Source of the DNA: a plasmid
Sequence record: NZ_CP027239.1
Length of the DNA stretch: 64,000 nucleotides
Strand: one strand, 5' to 3'
Position numbers and translations under genes: made by a program. Under the pieces are notes generated by a model. That model did no database searches, was not told the DNA's origin, and saw nothing but the letters and a program-made list of their open reading frames with translations. How positions within the stretch are numbered: position 1 is the first letter of the stretch; each line of letters starts with the position of its first letter. This document shows, one piece after another, positions 17,993 through 26,562 of the stretch.

Positions 17993-19563
17993 GGGTCAGC
18001 CTGTAGGTCGCCCGGGCCTGCCAGTTCAGGCGATCTGGAGGCCGCCGAGCCCGGTGGCGCCGATATGACCGTGGAGCTTTCGCAGGTTGTGGCAGGCAGC
18101 GAGCAGTAGCCATTCACCGCGGGCGGCGTCCAGACCGCGAATCAGGAGTTGCTTGCCGTTCTGCAGGGTGCTCATCTGTCCGAAGACCGGTTCGACGATC
18201 GCTTTGCGCCGGGCGTAGACCGCTCGGCCTTTCTTCGTGGCGAGCTTGCGGGCCATGCGCTGCTTGTCCGTGGCGCTGGCCGGGATCGGTCCCCGGGGGG
18301 CGATCGGCGCCGGTTCCCCGCTGCGCTGTCGTCCGGTGGCGATGAAGAACTCGGTGCCCTGCTCGCCGGTGACCTCGGCGGAGGCGGCGAGGTTCGCGGC
18401 TGAGCAGTACCCGGCATCGGCGAGCATCTGCTTCGGGGCCTGCCCCGTGTTGCTGATGGCCTGCTCGGTCATGGGGATGAGGTTGCCGACGTCGGCGGCA
18501 CAGTCGTTGACCTCGGCCGCCACGATGATCTGATGGGCGGCATCGACCACGGCCTGGCCGTTGTAGCACTGAGCGAACGACCCGTCCCCGGTGAGCATGA
18601 TCTTCGACTCCGGGTCGGTGAAGTTGCGCTGGGCCTTCGGCCTGGGCGTGGCGCGCTCGGCGGCCTCAGCGGCCTTCTGCGCGACGGTGTCTTCGTCTTC
18701 GCCCTTACCGCGGGCCTTAGCCTCAGCCTTCTCCGCCGCATCGGCGGCGGCGTCGGCTTCCAGAGCAGCTTTGGCCTGGCGCAGCTTGACCAGGCGAGAC
18801 TCTCGGCGGGCCAGCTCATCGGGCAGCTCGTCCCCGCGCCGGTTCTTGCCGAACTTGGCGTCCTCGGCCTTGTCGATGGCCTCGGCGGCGGCCAGCAGAT
18901 CGGAGACCTCCTGGGCCAGTACCTTCTCCTTGTCCGTCAGCCGCGCGTACGACATGGCCTTGCGTTTGGAGGCGTTCGCCCGCAGCTTCGTCCCATCCAG
19001 CGCGACCTGTCCAAGCGTGACCATCCCGGCGGCCTGGCACAACGCCAACGCCTGCAAGAACAGGTTGCCCAGCGCGGCCAGGTGCCTCTTGCGAAACCTG
19101 GCGATCGCGCGGTAGTCCGGGGCCGCCCCGGCCGCCAACCACCGGAAAGCGACGATGTCGGTGCAGGCCTTCTCGATCCCGCGGGAGGAGCGCACCCCCG
19201 TGGTGTAGCCGAAGATCAGCAACCGCACCATCAACCGCGGATCGTACGGCGGGGCCCCGCGCCCCTCCTGGTAGGAGACGTAGATCCGCGATAAATCCAG
19301 GTGCTCATCGACCAGATCCGCCACGAACCGTGCCAGATGATCGGCCGGAAGCCAGTCATCCAGCGACGGCGGCAGCAACAACCCCTGGCCCGGGTCGAAC
19401 GCCCGAAATGTCTTGCCTGCGCCCACCGGCTCGACCTCGCCCTGCCGGTCAGCCCGCTCGACGCGGAACTCCTCGGCGGCGAACAACCCTTCCTCGCCCA
19501 TGACGACAATTATCCCGCCGAACCCGCCCCATCAGCGGACCTGAACTGGCGTGTTACTGACCC
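17993..19563 (-). mobile_element. IS1182-family insertion sequence (~1.57 kb)
   Basis: Imperfect terminal inverted repeats GGGTCAG...GCCAGTTCAGG at both ends. Encloses the transposase ORF. Confidence 0.7.
18026..19501 (-). CDS. IS1182-family (IS5-like DDE) transposase
   Basis: 491-aa ORF. N-terminal PYDPRLMVRLLIFGYTTG motif and C-terminal DDE region typical of IS1182/ISL3-like transposases. Confidence 0.85.
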   Translation of the reverse strand: MGEEGLFAAEEFRVERADRQGEVEPVGAGKTFRAFDPGQGLLLPPSLDDWLPADHLARFVADLVDEHLDLSRIYVSYQEGRGAPPYDPRLMVRLLIFGYTTGVRSSRGIEKACTDIVAFRWLAAGAAPDYRAIARFRKRHLAALGNLFLQALALCQAAGMVTLGQVALDGTKLRANASKRKAMSYARLTDKEKVLAQEVSDLLAAAEAIDKAEDAKFGKNRRGDELPDELARRESRLVKLRQAKAALEADAAADAAEKAEAKARGKGEDEDTVAQKAAEAAERATPRPKAQRNFTDPESKIMLTGDGSFAQCYNGQAVVDAAHQIIVAAEVNDCAADVGNLIPMTEQAISNTGQAPKQMLADAGYCSAANLAASAEVTGEQGTEFFIATGRQRSGEPAPIAPRGPIPASATDKQRMARKLATKKGRAVYARRKAIVEPVFGQMSTLQNGKQLLIRGLDAARGEWLLLAACHNLRKLHGHIGATGLGGLQIA

Positions 19564-19989
19564 ACGCTCCTAGCTGTCGGCTGGTTCGGCACCCGCGGCA
19601 GAACTGCTGCAGTGCATGAACGCCCCAGTGCACTGGTCGGCACCACCCGCCCAGCGCTCTCGGAGGACTGCAATGCACGCCCCTCGCCCGAACTCCACTC
19701 CACGCCCAAACCGCTCCCCCGCCACCGCAGGAGAGTTGCTCGCCCTCCAGATCACGATGTGCATTGCGCTTCTCTCGGTCGGCATGCCGCTGCGCGAATC
19801 GCATCCCTTTCTTGCGGGCTTACTGATCGGCTTGTACATCTGCGCATCGCTGCCTGTGCTCCGCGGTATCTCCCGCTCCCCTTCCCGCGAACCGGAACGC
19901 CGTTTCGGCGACTGAACGGACGCCACCGCATGGCTTCGCCGGCTTGCCCCGGCGCCCCTCGAGACGGGCCGCTGGCGCGAAGTCGCGCT

Positions 19990-20790
19990 CCATTCGTTAT
20001 CTGTCGCCTATCACTGACGTTGCGGCGTTGGCCCCATTGGCCCCACAACACCCATTGGTACCGCCGGGGTACGTGGGTACAACGGGGTCGCTGGGGGCGA
20101 TTCACCAACAGGCACATCAGGACCTTGTTGCCCCAACTGGCCCACAGCCCACGGTGCCCCCAAATGCCCCGTTGTGGCGTACAGGGCCTCGAGGGCGTCT
20201 CGACCCGGCTGCCCCACGTGCCCCGTCGCCCCGCGTGGCCCCAGTAGCCCACGAGGGGCACGCCGGCCCAGGGGCGCCATTGGTTCGCGCGGGGGCCGCG
20301 GGCCACACCGGCCCAAAGGTGTCCACCGGGCGACAGGCCCCGACGGGGCGCAGAGGGTCGTGTGCTCGCACCGGACTCGGAGGAACCCGCGTAGCAGTCG
20401 ACGAGCCACCCGATACGCCCGCCCACGACACTCCGCCGCCTCAAAACAAGCGAGGCGTCTCAGGCGTTAGGTATCTAGCCCCATTGGCCCCACATGCCCC
20501 GAAAGGGACGACCGGCCCAGCGGGGGCGTGAGTCCCAATAGGGCCTTCGGTGCAGGCCGCCCCTCTTGCCCTCTTGGTCCACGCTGCCCCTGGCACCCCA
20601 GCTGGGCGCAAGGGGTCATTGGCCCCTTACGGGCCGTTGGGGGATTTGTCCCCGCAGGGTCGGTTGATCCACTCGGGGTCACTTTCCCCACTGGGGCGAC
20701 TTGGCCCGTAGGCCCCAGCCGCCCCTTTGGACTATTGCGGGCATTTGGCCCCGGTTGCCCGTCTGGGGCGGACAGGGGCACTCGCCCCTT
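19990..20790 (-). pseudogene. collagen-like (Gly-X-Y) triple-helix repeat gene remnant, frameshifted
   Basis: Minus-strand fragments GLLGPRGATGHVGQPGRD...GVVGPMGPTPQRQ* and GQPGPN...GPTGQVAPVGKV...QGQRGPRGQEGRPAP sit in different frames. Repeated ccattggccccac units on the + strand. Confidence 0.35.
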
Positions 20791-20872
20791 TTGACCTCAC
20801 CCCGCGAGTGCAGCGAGTGGCGACACATATCGCTGATAACGTGGCCGTATCCCACCCCTGAGAGGAGCCCCA

Positions 20873-21922
20873 ATGCCCGAGATGACGCCCGGACTGGTGG
20901 CGAAACTGCCCGATAAGGCTCGTGATCGAACGCTGACCATGGCTGCAGCCAAGGGCGGAATCGGCAAGACCACCACAACCGCGCAGGTCGCCTATCCGAT
21001 CGCGCAGTTCGGGCTGCGAGTGCTCCTGATCGACCTCGACGCCGTCGCCGGGCTGTCCACCATCCTCGGCGCGATCGACGACGGCCCTGGGGCAGTGGAG
21101 TTCCTGGACTCGCCGGGCATCGACAAGGACGAGTGCGTGCGCCGCCCGCCCGCGTGGCAGCCCAGCCCTGACGTGCCTTTCAGCGAGGGAGGCGCGCTCC
21201 TTCCTGGCGGATGCGTCGACATCATCCCAGCGACGCCGGGCATCGCAGAGTCGGTCGGCCGGCAGGACCCTCGCTCGATCAAGCGTCTACGACGAGCGCT
21301 CAACGACGACGACTTCGTCCTCGACCGCTACGACCTGGTGATGATCGACATTCCCGGCGCCGACAGCGTCATCGTCGACATGGCAATGCAGGCATCGCGC
21401 AACCTGGTCTTGACTCTGCTGCCGGAATCCCAAGGGCTCCGAGGGTTCAGCCGCACCGTTCTCCGTGCGAAGCAGGCGTACGAAGAGGATGGCCTGAACT
21501 TCAACGTGATCGGCGCAGTGACCAGCCGATACGAGAGGAACCGCACTGAGCACAAGGACGTCATGCGCGTCACTCGCAAGTTCTTGGCCGAGCAGCTCGG
21601 ACCCTCGACTCTGTGGCTCGGACTTCCCATCCCGGCCCGGGCGTCCATCAGCGATGCCAACCGGGCACAACGCCCACTGGCATCGCGGAACGCCTGGCGG
21701 GACAACATCTCCAATCGAACGCGCGGCATGGACGCTGTCGCGGCCTTTACGGCGATCGCCATCGCGATCGTCCGCGACGTTCTCGGTGACGAGCAGGCCG
21801 ACGAGATCGTTCGAGAATTTACCGAGGTCGGGCTGGGGGAGTACCCGACCAATCTGCTGCTTTCCGGTGTCGGAGTGACGCGTGCTCCCCACCAGGACGA
21901 CGACTACCCCGAGGAGGACTGA
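20873..21922 (+). CDS. parA: ParA/Soj-family partition ATPase
   Basis: Deviant Walker A KGGIGKTT. 349-aa ORF. GAGGAG RBS. Confidence 0.85.
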   Translation: MPEMTPGLVAKLPDKARDRTLTMAAAKGGIGKTTTTAQVAYPIAQFGLRVLLIDLDAVAGLSTILGAIDDGPGAVEFLDSPGIDKDECVRRPPAWQPSPDVPFSEGGALLPGGCVDIIPATPGIAESVGRQDPRSIKRLRRALNDDDFVLDRYDLVMIDIPGADSVIVDMAMQASRNLVLTLLPESQGLRGFSRTVLRAKQAYEEDGLNFNVIGAVTSRYERNRTEHKDVMRVTRKFLAEQLGPSTLWLGLPIPARASISDANRAQRPLASRNAWRDNISNRTRGMDAVAAFTAIAIAIVRDVLGDEQADEIVREFTEVGLGEYPTNLLLSGVGVTRAPHQDDDYPEED

Positions 21923-21924
21923 TC

Positions 21925-22377
21925 ATGGGTACGGGATTCGGGCCAGACAAAGACGAAGCCGACCTGGCGGCATTTACGACAGCCCCGACCCACGTCAGTG
22001 GCCGCACTTCGCCTGTCCGGCGAGACGAGTCGGCCGACGAGGAGTCGCCCGCGAAGAAGACCCCCGCCAAGAGGTCCGCCACGAAGCAGGCCACCGCGAA
22101 GAAGGCGCCCGCCAAGAAGGCGCCGATCCCTGCGTCGGAGCCGCCGAAGAGGCCCAAGGTGTCGCTTCCTCCCGGTCTCTACGAAGAGATGCACCGCGTC
22201 GTGAACAGGTGGCTCGTCGAAGACATCGAGCGGATGGATGCGTACCGCAAGCCTCTAGGCGTCGAGAACACCGTGATGGTCACCCTGTTGGCCTTCGCGA
22301 CCGCGACGCTCAAGGCCGAGATCGAGAAGGACGGCGGGGCCAGTACGAGTTTCCCGGACTTCATTCCGCGCAAGTAG
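21925..22377 (+). CDS. small partition-associated DNA-binding protein (ParB/ParG-like), Lys/Ala/Pro-rich N-terminal tail
   Basis: Start 3 nt after the parA stop. N-terminal KKTPAKRSATKQATAKKAPAKKAP. C-terminal globular ~70 aa. Confidence 0.6.
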   Translation: MGTGFGPDKDEADLAAFTTAPTHVSGRTSPVRRDESADEESPAKKTPAKRSATKQATAKKAPAKKAPIPASEPPKRPKVSLPPGLYEEMHRVVNRWLVEDIERMDAYRKPLGVENTVMVTLLAFATATLKAEIEKDGGASTSFPDFIPRK

Positions 22378-22468
22378 CGAGCACGGAAGCGACGATCTAA
22401 GCAGGTAGGTGCCCCTTTTCGCGCGGGTCTGGCCTCCGGCATGCCGCGAATGTTCGGCAATCGCCAGT

Positions 22469-22488
22469 ACGTCATGGTTCCATGACGT
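22469..22488. promoter_or_regulatory. palindromic operator ACGTCATGG-tt-CCATGACGT upstream of the RHH regulator gene
   Basis: Perfect 9-bp inverted repeat 33 nt upstream of ATG 22521. Confidence 0.45.
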
Positions 22489-22520
22489 TCATCGGAACAG
22501 ACTGCAACGAGAGGCACACC

Positions 22521-22931
22521 ATGGCCGTGACCGTCAGGTTGACGGACCAGCGGGCGTCCGAGTTGTCGACCCTCACTCGCCGGTGCGACCGCACCGCCGT
22601 ATGGGTTGCCACTCAAGCGCTCCTGGCCGCCGCACATGCCCACACCACCACCCCGATGCCGTTGGCCGACTACCTCGGCCGGCAAAAGCACACGCGCCGC
22701 ATCTTCATCGAGTTGCGCGGCGACGCCCTGGACCTGGTCGACGGGCTGGCGATCGCCCACACAGTGCCCGGCCATGCAGCACCGTCACGTCACACGATCG
22801 TTCGGGCCGCGCTCGCTCGCCTGGTCGACTCCTGCGGCGGCGCCGAAGCAGCTGCTGCGCATCTCGGAGGATTCGACGCAGATGGCGCGGAGGGAGGGGA
22901 GAGGCATGACCATGCTGCTGCCCAGAACTAG
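22521..22931 (+). CDS. ribbon-helix-helix (CopG/Arc-like) DNA-binding protein
   Basis: MAVTVRLTDQRASELSTLTRR N-terminus typical of RHH. The track ORF start at 22482 is an upstream extension. Confidence 0.55.
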   Translation: MAVTVRLTDQRASELSTLTRRCDRTAVWVATQALLAAAHAHTTTPMPLADYLGRQKHTRRIFIELRGDALDLVDGLAIAHTVPGHAAPSRHTIVRAALARLVDSCGGAEAAAAHLGGFDADGAEGGERHDHAAAQN

Positions 22932-23190
22932 CGCCACCTCAGCGGACCTCACCGTCGCTGCCGCGGCACTGCTTACCAGGGCTGTCTGTCGATACCTCGC
23001 CACTGGCAAGCCCCTGTCGAAGTCCGACATTCCCATGCAGGCCAACCTCCTTCGCTCAACGCTGGGGGCCGGCGCTCGCCTGATCACCGCCGACGAGGCC
23101 TGGGACGAGCTCGCCGAGCGAGGGCTCATCACCGGTACTCGTCAGCAGTGGATCCCGGCAGCAGGGGAGGTGTACCCCAATGGCGCGTAA
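22906..23190 (+). CDS. hypothetical small protein (overlaps neighbours; uncertain)
   Basis: MTMLLPRTSATSADLTVAAAALLTRAV... in the third frame of track ORF 22606..23190. Confidence 0.35.
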   Translation: MTMLLPRTSATSADLTVAAAALLTRAVCRYLATGKPLSKSDIPMQANLLRSTLGAGARLITADEAWDELAERGLITGTRQQWIPAAGEVYPNGA

Positions 23191-23908
23191 GTCCACCGGT
23201 GGTGGGTTCGTCACCATGACCAAGTCCTTCGAGGAGGACATGGCGGACTGCTCGCTCGCCGAGATCGGCCTGATGTCCCTGCTGATCACCTCGAAGGCCA
23301 CCACGCCAGTCGGGACCGTCTACCGCCGCCACGAGTGGTCGGAGCTGCCCGGCTCGAGCGCCGATACGGTCAGCAAGCTGCTCGAGGGACTCGAGGCCAA
23401 GGGCAAGATCGTGCGGGATCACCACGAAATCCTGATCCGCTCCTGGGTTCGCCACCGCTGTTTCAGCACCCCGAACTTCCTCAAGGCGTGCAAGTACACG
23501 CTGGAAGTGCAGATGCGAGCACCCTTGCTGCGCGTCGTGGTGGGGACAGAGCTGCTCCGCAAGGACATCGCCTCGATCGAACCAGCCCCTTCCACTCGGG
23601 GGAGCAAGGACGCCGCAGGCCGCGTGTTCACGAAGGGCCGCAACGCCCACTACGAGGCCCTGGAGTTGATCTGGGAGGAGCTCACCGGGCAGAAGCTGCC
23701 GGCGGCCGAGACGATCACCGGCTCACTCACAGAACCGAACCCCACGATGCTCGACCAGCTCATGGGAACCCGGGACTTCGAGCACGCACTACCTGAACTC
23801 GAGAACCGGAACTGGGTGTGCGTCGAACCATCCCTCGCTGTCGCGATCCGCGAGAAGCTCCACGGCCCGAATGTGAAGCCAATCCGTGGCACCCGGACGG
23901 CCACCTAA
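23180..23908 (+). CDS. hypothetical DNA-binding/replication-associated protein (wHTH-like?)
   Basis: 242-aa ORF immediately upstream of the iteron array. Confidence 0.55.
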   Translation: MARKSTGGGFVTMTKSFEEDMADCSLAEIGLMSLLITSKATTPVGTVYRRHEWSELPGSSADTVSKLLEGLEAKGKIVRDHHEILIRSWVRHRCFSTPNFLKACKYTLEVQMRAPLLRVVVGTELLRKDIASIEPAPSTRGSKDAAGRVFTKGRNAHYEALELIWEELTGQKLPAAETITGSLTEPNPTMLDQLMGTRDFEHALPELENRNWVCVEPSLAVAIREKLHGPNVKPIRGTRTAT

Positions 23909-23944
23909 CCGACCGATCTTCGCGGCCCTTCCGCCCCCGCCGAC

Positions 23945-24250
23945 GACGGCGGGGTAACCCTTACCTGTAAGGGATGCGGAAGGGTTGCGGAAGGGTTACC
24001 AAACCACATGCGCAACACGCTTATGCCAGCTTCCTCACGCCTCCACGGCGCCAATCCACGTGCGTCGGTCCAGGCTCCAGGGCGCCATTCGAGCGGCATT
24101 TGTGCAGGTAGACGGACTGTATCTCTCGGCGGGGTAACCCTTTCGGTAAGGGTTACCGAAAGGGTTACCGAAACGGATACCGCAAGGGTTACCGAAGCGG
24201 GTGTCTTACCTCGCGGGCGCGCGCAGGAATTAGAAATTAGATCTACCTGT
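23945..24250. repeat. iteron array (AAGGGTTACCG / CGGTAACCCTT in both orientations, two clusters) plus AT-rich tract: candidate replication origin
   Basis: Cluster 1 is gggtaacccttacctgtaagggatgcggaagggttgcggaagggttacc. Cluster 2 is cggggtaaccctttcggtaagggttaccgaaagggttaccgaaacggataccgcaagggttaccgaa. Then aattagaaattagatct. Confidence 0.6.
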
Positions 24251-24603
24251 GGTTGCTGTAGGTGGGTGGGGGTGTGGGGGAGGGAGTTCACGCCCTGCGG
24301 CGGACAAGCCGCCGCCCCGAGGGCTCGCCTGGCGGCTCGCCCCCCGAGGAATTCGCCCACCGATCTCGGAAAGCTCCGCCCCCACCACAGGCCGGTCATG
24401 GCTGCCCGAGCGAACCAGACACCACACGCGCCCGTGCCGCTGCGACGCTCATGCCGCCCCATAGCCCGGAATCGGCCCGCATTTGCTCTGTGCGGCCCCG
24501 GGAGCCATCGCGGCGCCCGAGGGGCGCGAACCACGACGATAGGAAGCCAGAGGGCCACACAGGCCGCCACAACGGCCGCCACTAGCCAGCAGGAGGGGCC
24601 GAC

Positions 24604-25698
24604 GTGAGCACACTCGACGACGACGATGTCGAGGCGATCGCACGCCGCGTCGCCGAACTGATCGCCCCGATGCTTGCTGGCGTCACGCCTCGCCCCGCCG
24701 CCGACAGCCCGACGCCTGGCGCGGCCGGTCAGCGCCTGAACGACTGGATCCACAGCCACCACCCCGCCATCGTGAGCGGCCTTGAGCCCTCCGCGGCGGC
24801 ATGGTCCGCGGCTCTCGTCGACGCAGCAGGCGAAACCGACCCGGTGGACGTCCTGACGTGGGCCTGGTCCGAGAACTGCCCGACCAGCTACTGGCGCGAA
24901 CACCACCGCCCGGTTCTGGCACCGACTCCGCGGGAAACCCGAAGGGCCGATGCCAGCACCAACCGCCGATACCGGCACGGGCCGTGGCTGCAGATGCTCG
25001 CCGAACATCGACTCCACCTGGCCGGCCGGGACGATGACCTGGCCGCCGTCGATGGGCTTATCGCCGATGTCGCCCGAGCCATCAACACCACCGGAACGCG
25101 CTCCGCCGCCATCTCGCTGAGCTCCAGGAAGAACGCGCTCACGATCATGGCCGACCCCGGGAATGACCCACAGACGGTGGTGGAAATCGTGCGGTGGTGC
25201 CTGGCCGAGAAGCCGCACTGGAGATCCAACCTGACCGGCGTTCCCAAACCGGCGACATTCCGGGCCATGCGAGGGGACTGGACGTCTGCTGGGCAGGGCT
25301 TTCGGCTCGACTCGATCGAGGACGGAACGTTGCGTCAGCACGTGTCTGACCTGGCGAAAGGGTGGGTCTACTACCTGTCTCGCACCTTGGGGCAGGACAT
25401 CACGATCAGCTCACGGACCCTGCATCGGATCCATGGTCTCCTGCTTGGGGACAGCACCCAGCCGGCTGTGCCGACAACCGATGTGCAGGACACCATCCGA
25501 TGGATCTGCGACCCCCAGTCCGGGCGCAGTCGCTACTACACCGACAGCTTCGATTTTCCCCGGCCAGACCGGGCCCGCAAGGCGCTTCTTGACATGCGTA
25601 GTGGACCGCCCGCCAGTAGCGGCGTCACCGCCACCAACTCCGCTGCTGGCGGCCTCGTCGGCGATCACGCCGACGACGAACTCAAGGGGATGCTGTGA
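24604..25698 (+). CDS. hypothetical protein; putative replication initiator/primase-like (by position)
   Basis: 364-aa ORF (GTG start) downstream of the iterons. Its stop overlaps the start of the helicase-loader gene. Confidence 0.6.
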   Translation: MSTLDDDDVEAIARRVAELIAPMLAGVTPRPAADSPTPGAAGQRLNDWIHSHHPAIVSGLEPSAAAWSAALVDAAGETDPVDVLTWAWSENCPTSYWREHHRPVLAPTPRETRRADASTNRRYRHGPWLQMLAEHRLHLAGRDDDLAAVDGLIADVARAINTTGTRSAAISLSSRKNALTIMADPGNDPQTVVEIVRWCLAEKPHWRSNLTGVPKPATFRAMRGDWTSAGQGFRLDSIEDGTLRQHVSDLAKGWVYYLSRTLGQDITISSRTLHRIHGLLLGDSTQPAVPTTDVQDTIRWICDPQSGRSRYYTDSFDFPRPDRARKALLDMRSGPPASSGVTATNSAAGGLVGDHADDELKGML

Positions 25699-26495
25699 CC
25701 AGCTCGATCGTGCACGCAACCTGCACCCGCTGCGGCTCAGACGTGCACCGCACTAAAGCACTCGTCGACGACAGGCCCGATTGGCGACAGCACGTGGTGT
25801 GCATCGACTGCCGCGAGGCGGCGGAACCGGCGGGCGCCCAGGTCGCACAGATGATCGCCGAGCGCACCCGACAGCGCTGGTCAGACAAGGCAGCGGCGTT
25901 CGATGCCGGAGCCCGGCTGGAAGACGCCTACCTGGATGCGACGCCGGCCTCGGCGTGGCAGCAGCTAGCCCACGAAGCGTTGTCCAAATGGCGCGACCCA
26001 GAACTGCCCCGCAGTCGAAGTGGGCTGATGATCTGCGGACCGACGGGAATCGGGAAGACATGGGCCGCGTTCGCACTGGCCAATGCTGTCGCCGACCTCG
26101 GATATGGAGCGGAGATCAGGGTCGCCTCCGAAGTCGAACTGATGGGGCCGCACGTGGCGACGTGGCAGCTCGAGGACCGACTCAGACGCTGGATTGATGG
26201 CGCGGTGATGGTCCTGGTCGACGACATCGGTGTCGCGCCTAGGCACCGAGACCAACTCCAGGCGGCATGGAAGATGCTGGCCGACCTGATCAGCTCGCAG
26301 CCTCGCTCGATGTTGGTGGTGGGCACCTCGAACCGGCAGTCGTGGAGCAAAGACGCCGGGCTGACTGAATGGGTGGGGCAGCAGACCGCGTCGCGACTGC
26401 GGTCGTGGACGTCGATCTGCACCACCGGTGCGGTCGACAGGCGCACAGGGGACACCCACGAGAACTGGTTGCGACAGACGGGCAGGTCGCAGTGA
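25695..26495 (+). CDS. DnaC/IstB-like AAA+ ATPase (helicase loader) with N-terminal Cys4 zinc-finger
   Basis: Walker A LMICGPTGIGKTW. Walker B VLVDDIG. N-terminal CxxC...CxxC. Confidence 0.8.
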   Translation: MTSSIVHATCTRCGSDVHRTKALVDDRPDWRQHVVCIDCREAAEPAGAQVAQMIAERTRQRWSDKAAAFDAGARLEDAYLDATPASAWQQLAHEALSKWRDPELPRSRSGLMICGPTGIGKTWAAFALANAVADLGYGAEIRVASEVELMGPHVATWQLEDRLRRWIDGAVMVLVDDIGVAPRHRDQLQAAWKMLADLISSQPRSMLVVGTSNRQSWSKDAGLTEWVGQQTASRLRSWTSICTTGAVDRRTGDTHENWLRQTGRSQ

Positions 26496-26562
26496 GCGCG
26501 GCGGCCTCGGCATGCCGTGCAGGGAAGATGAGTGCGACAGCGAACGTGGAAAGGAGGGGTGA

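Noticed and set aside
18114-18569. Second ORF (151 aa) inside the IS element
   Set aside because: Overlaps the transposase in another frame with an Arg-rich translation. Shadow ORF, not an orfA/orfB pair.
19570-19930. ORFs 19616..19915 (+) and 19570..19926 (-) right of the IS element
   Set aside because: Poor codon bias, no RBS, mutually exclusive. Possibly remnants of a gene disrupted by the IS, but not supportable as features.
23905-25341. 478-aa minus-strand ORF
   Set aside because: Antisense shadow of the + gene 24604..25698 and of the iteron region. Arg/Gly-rich low-complexity translation.
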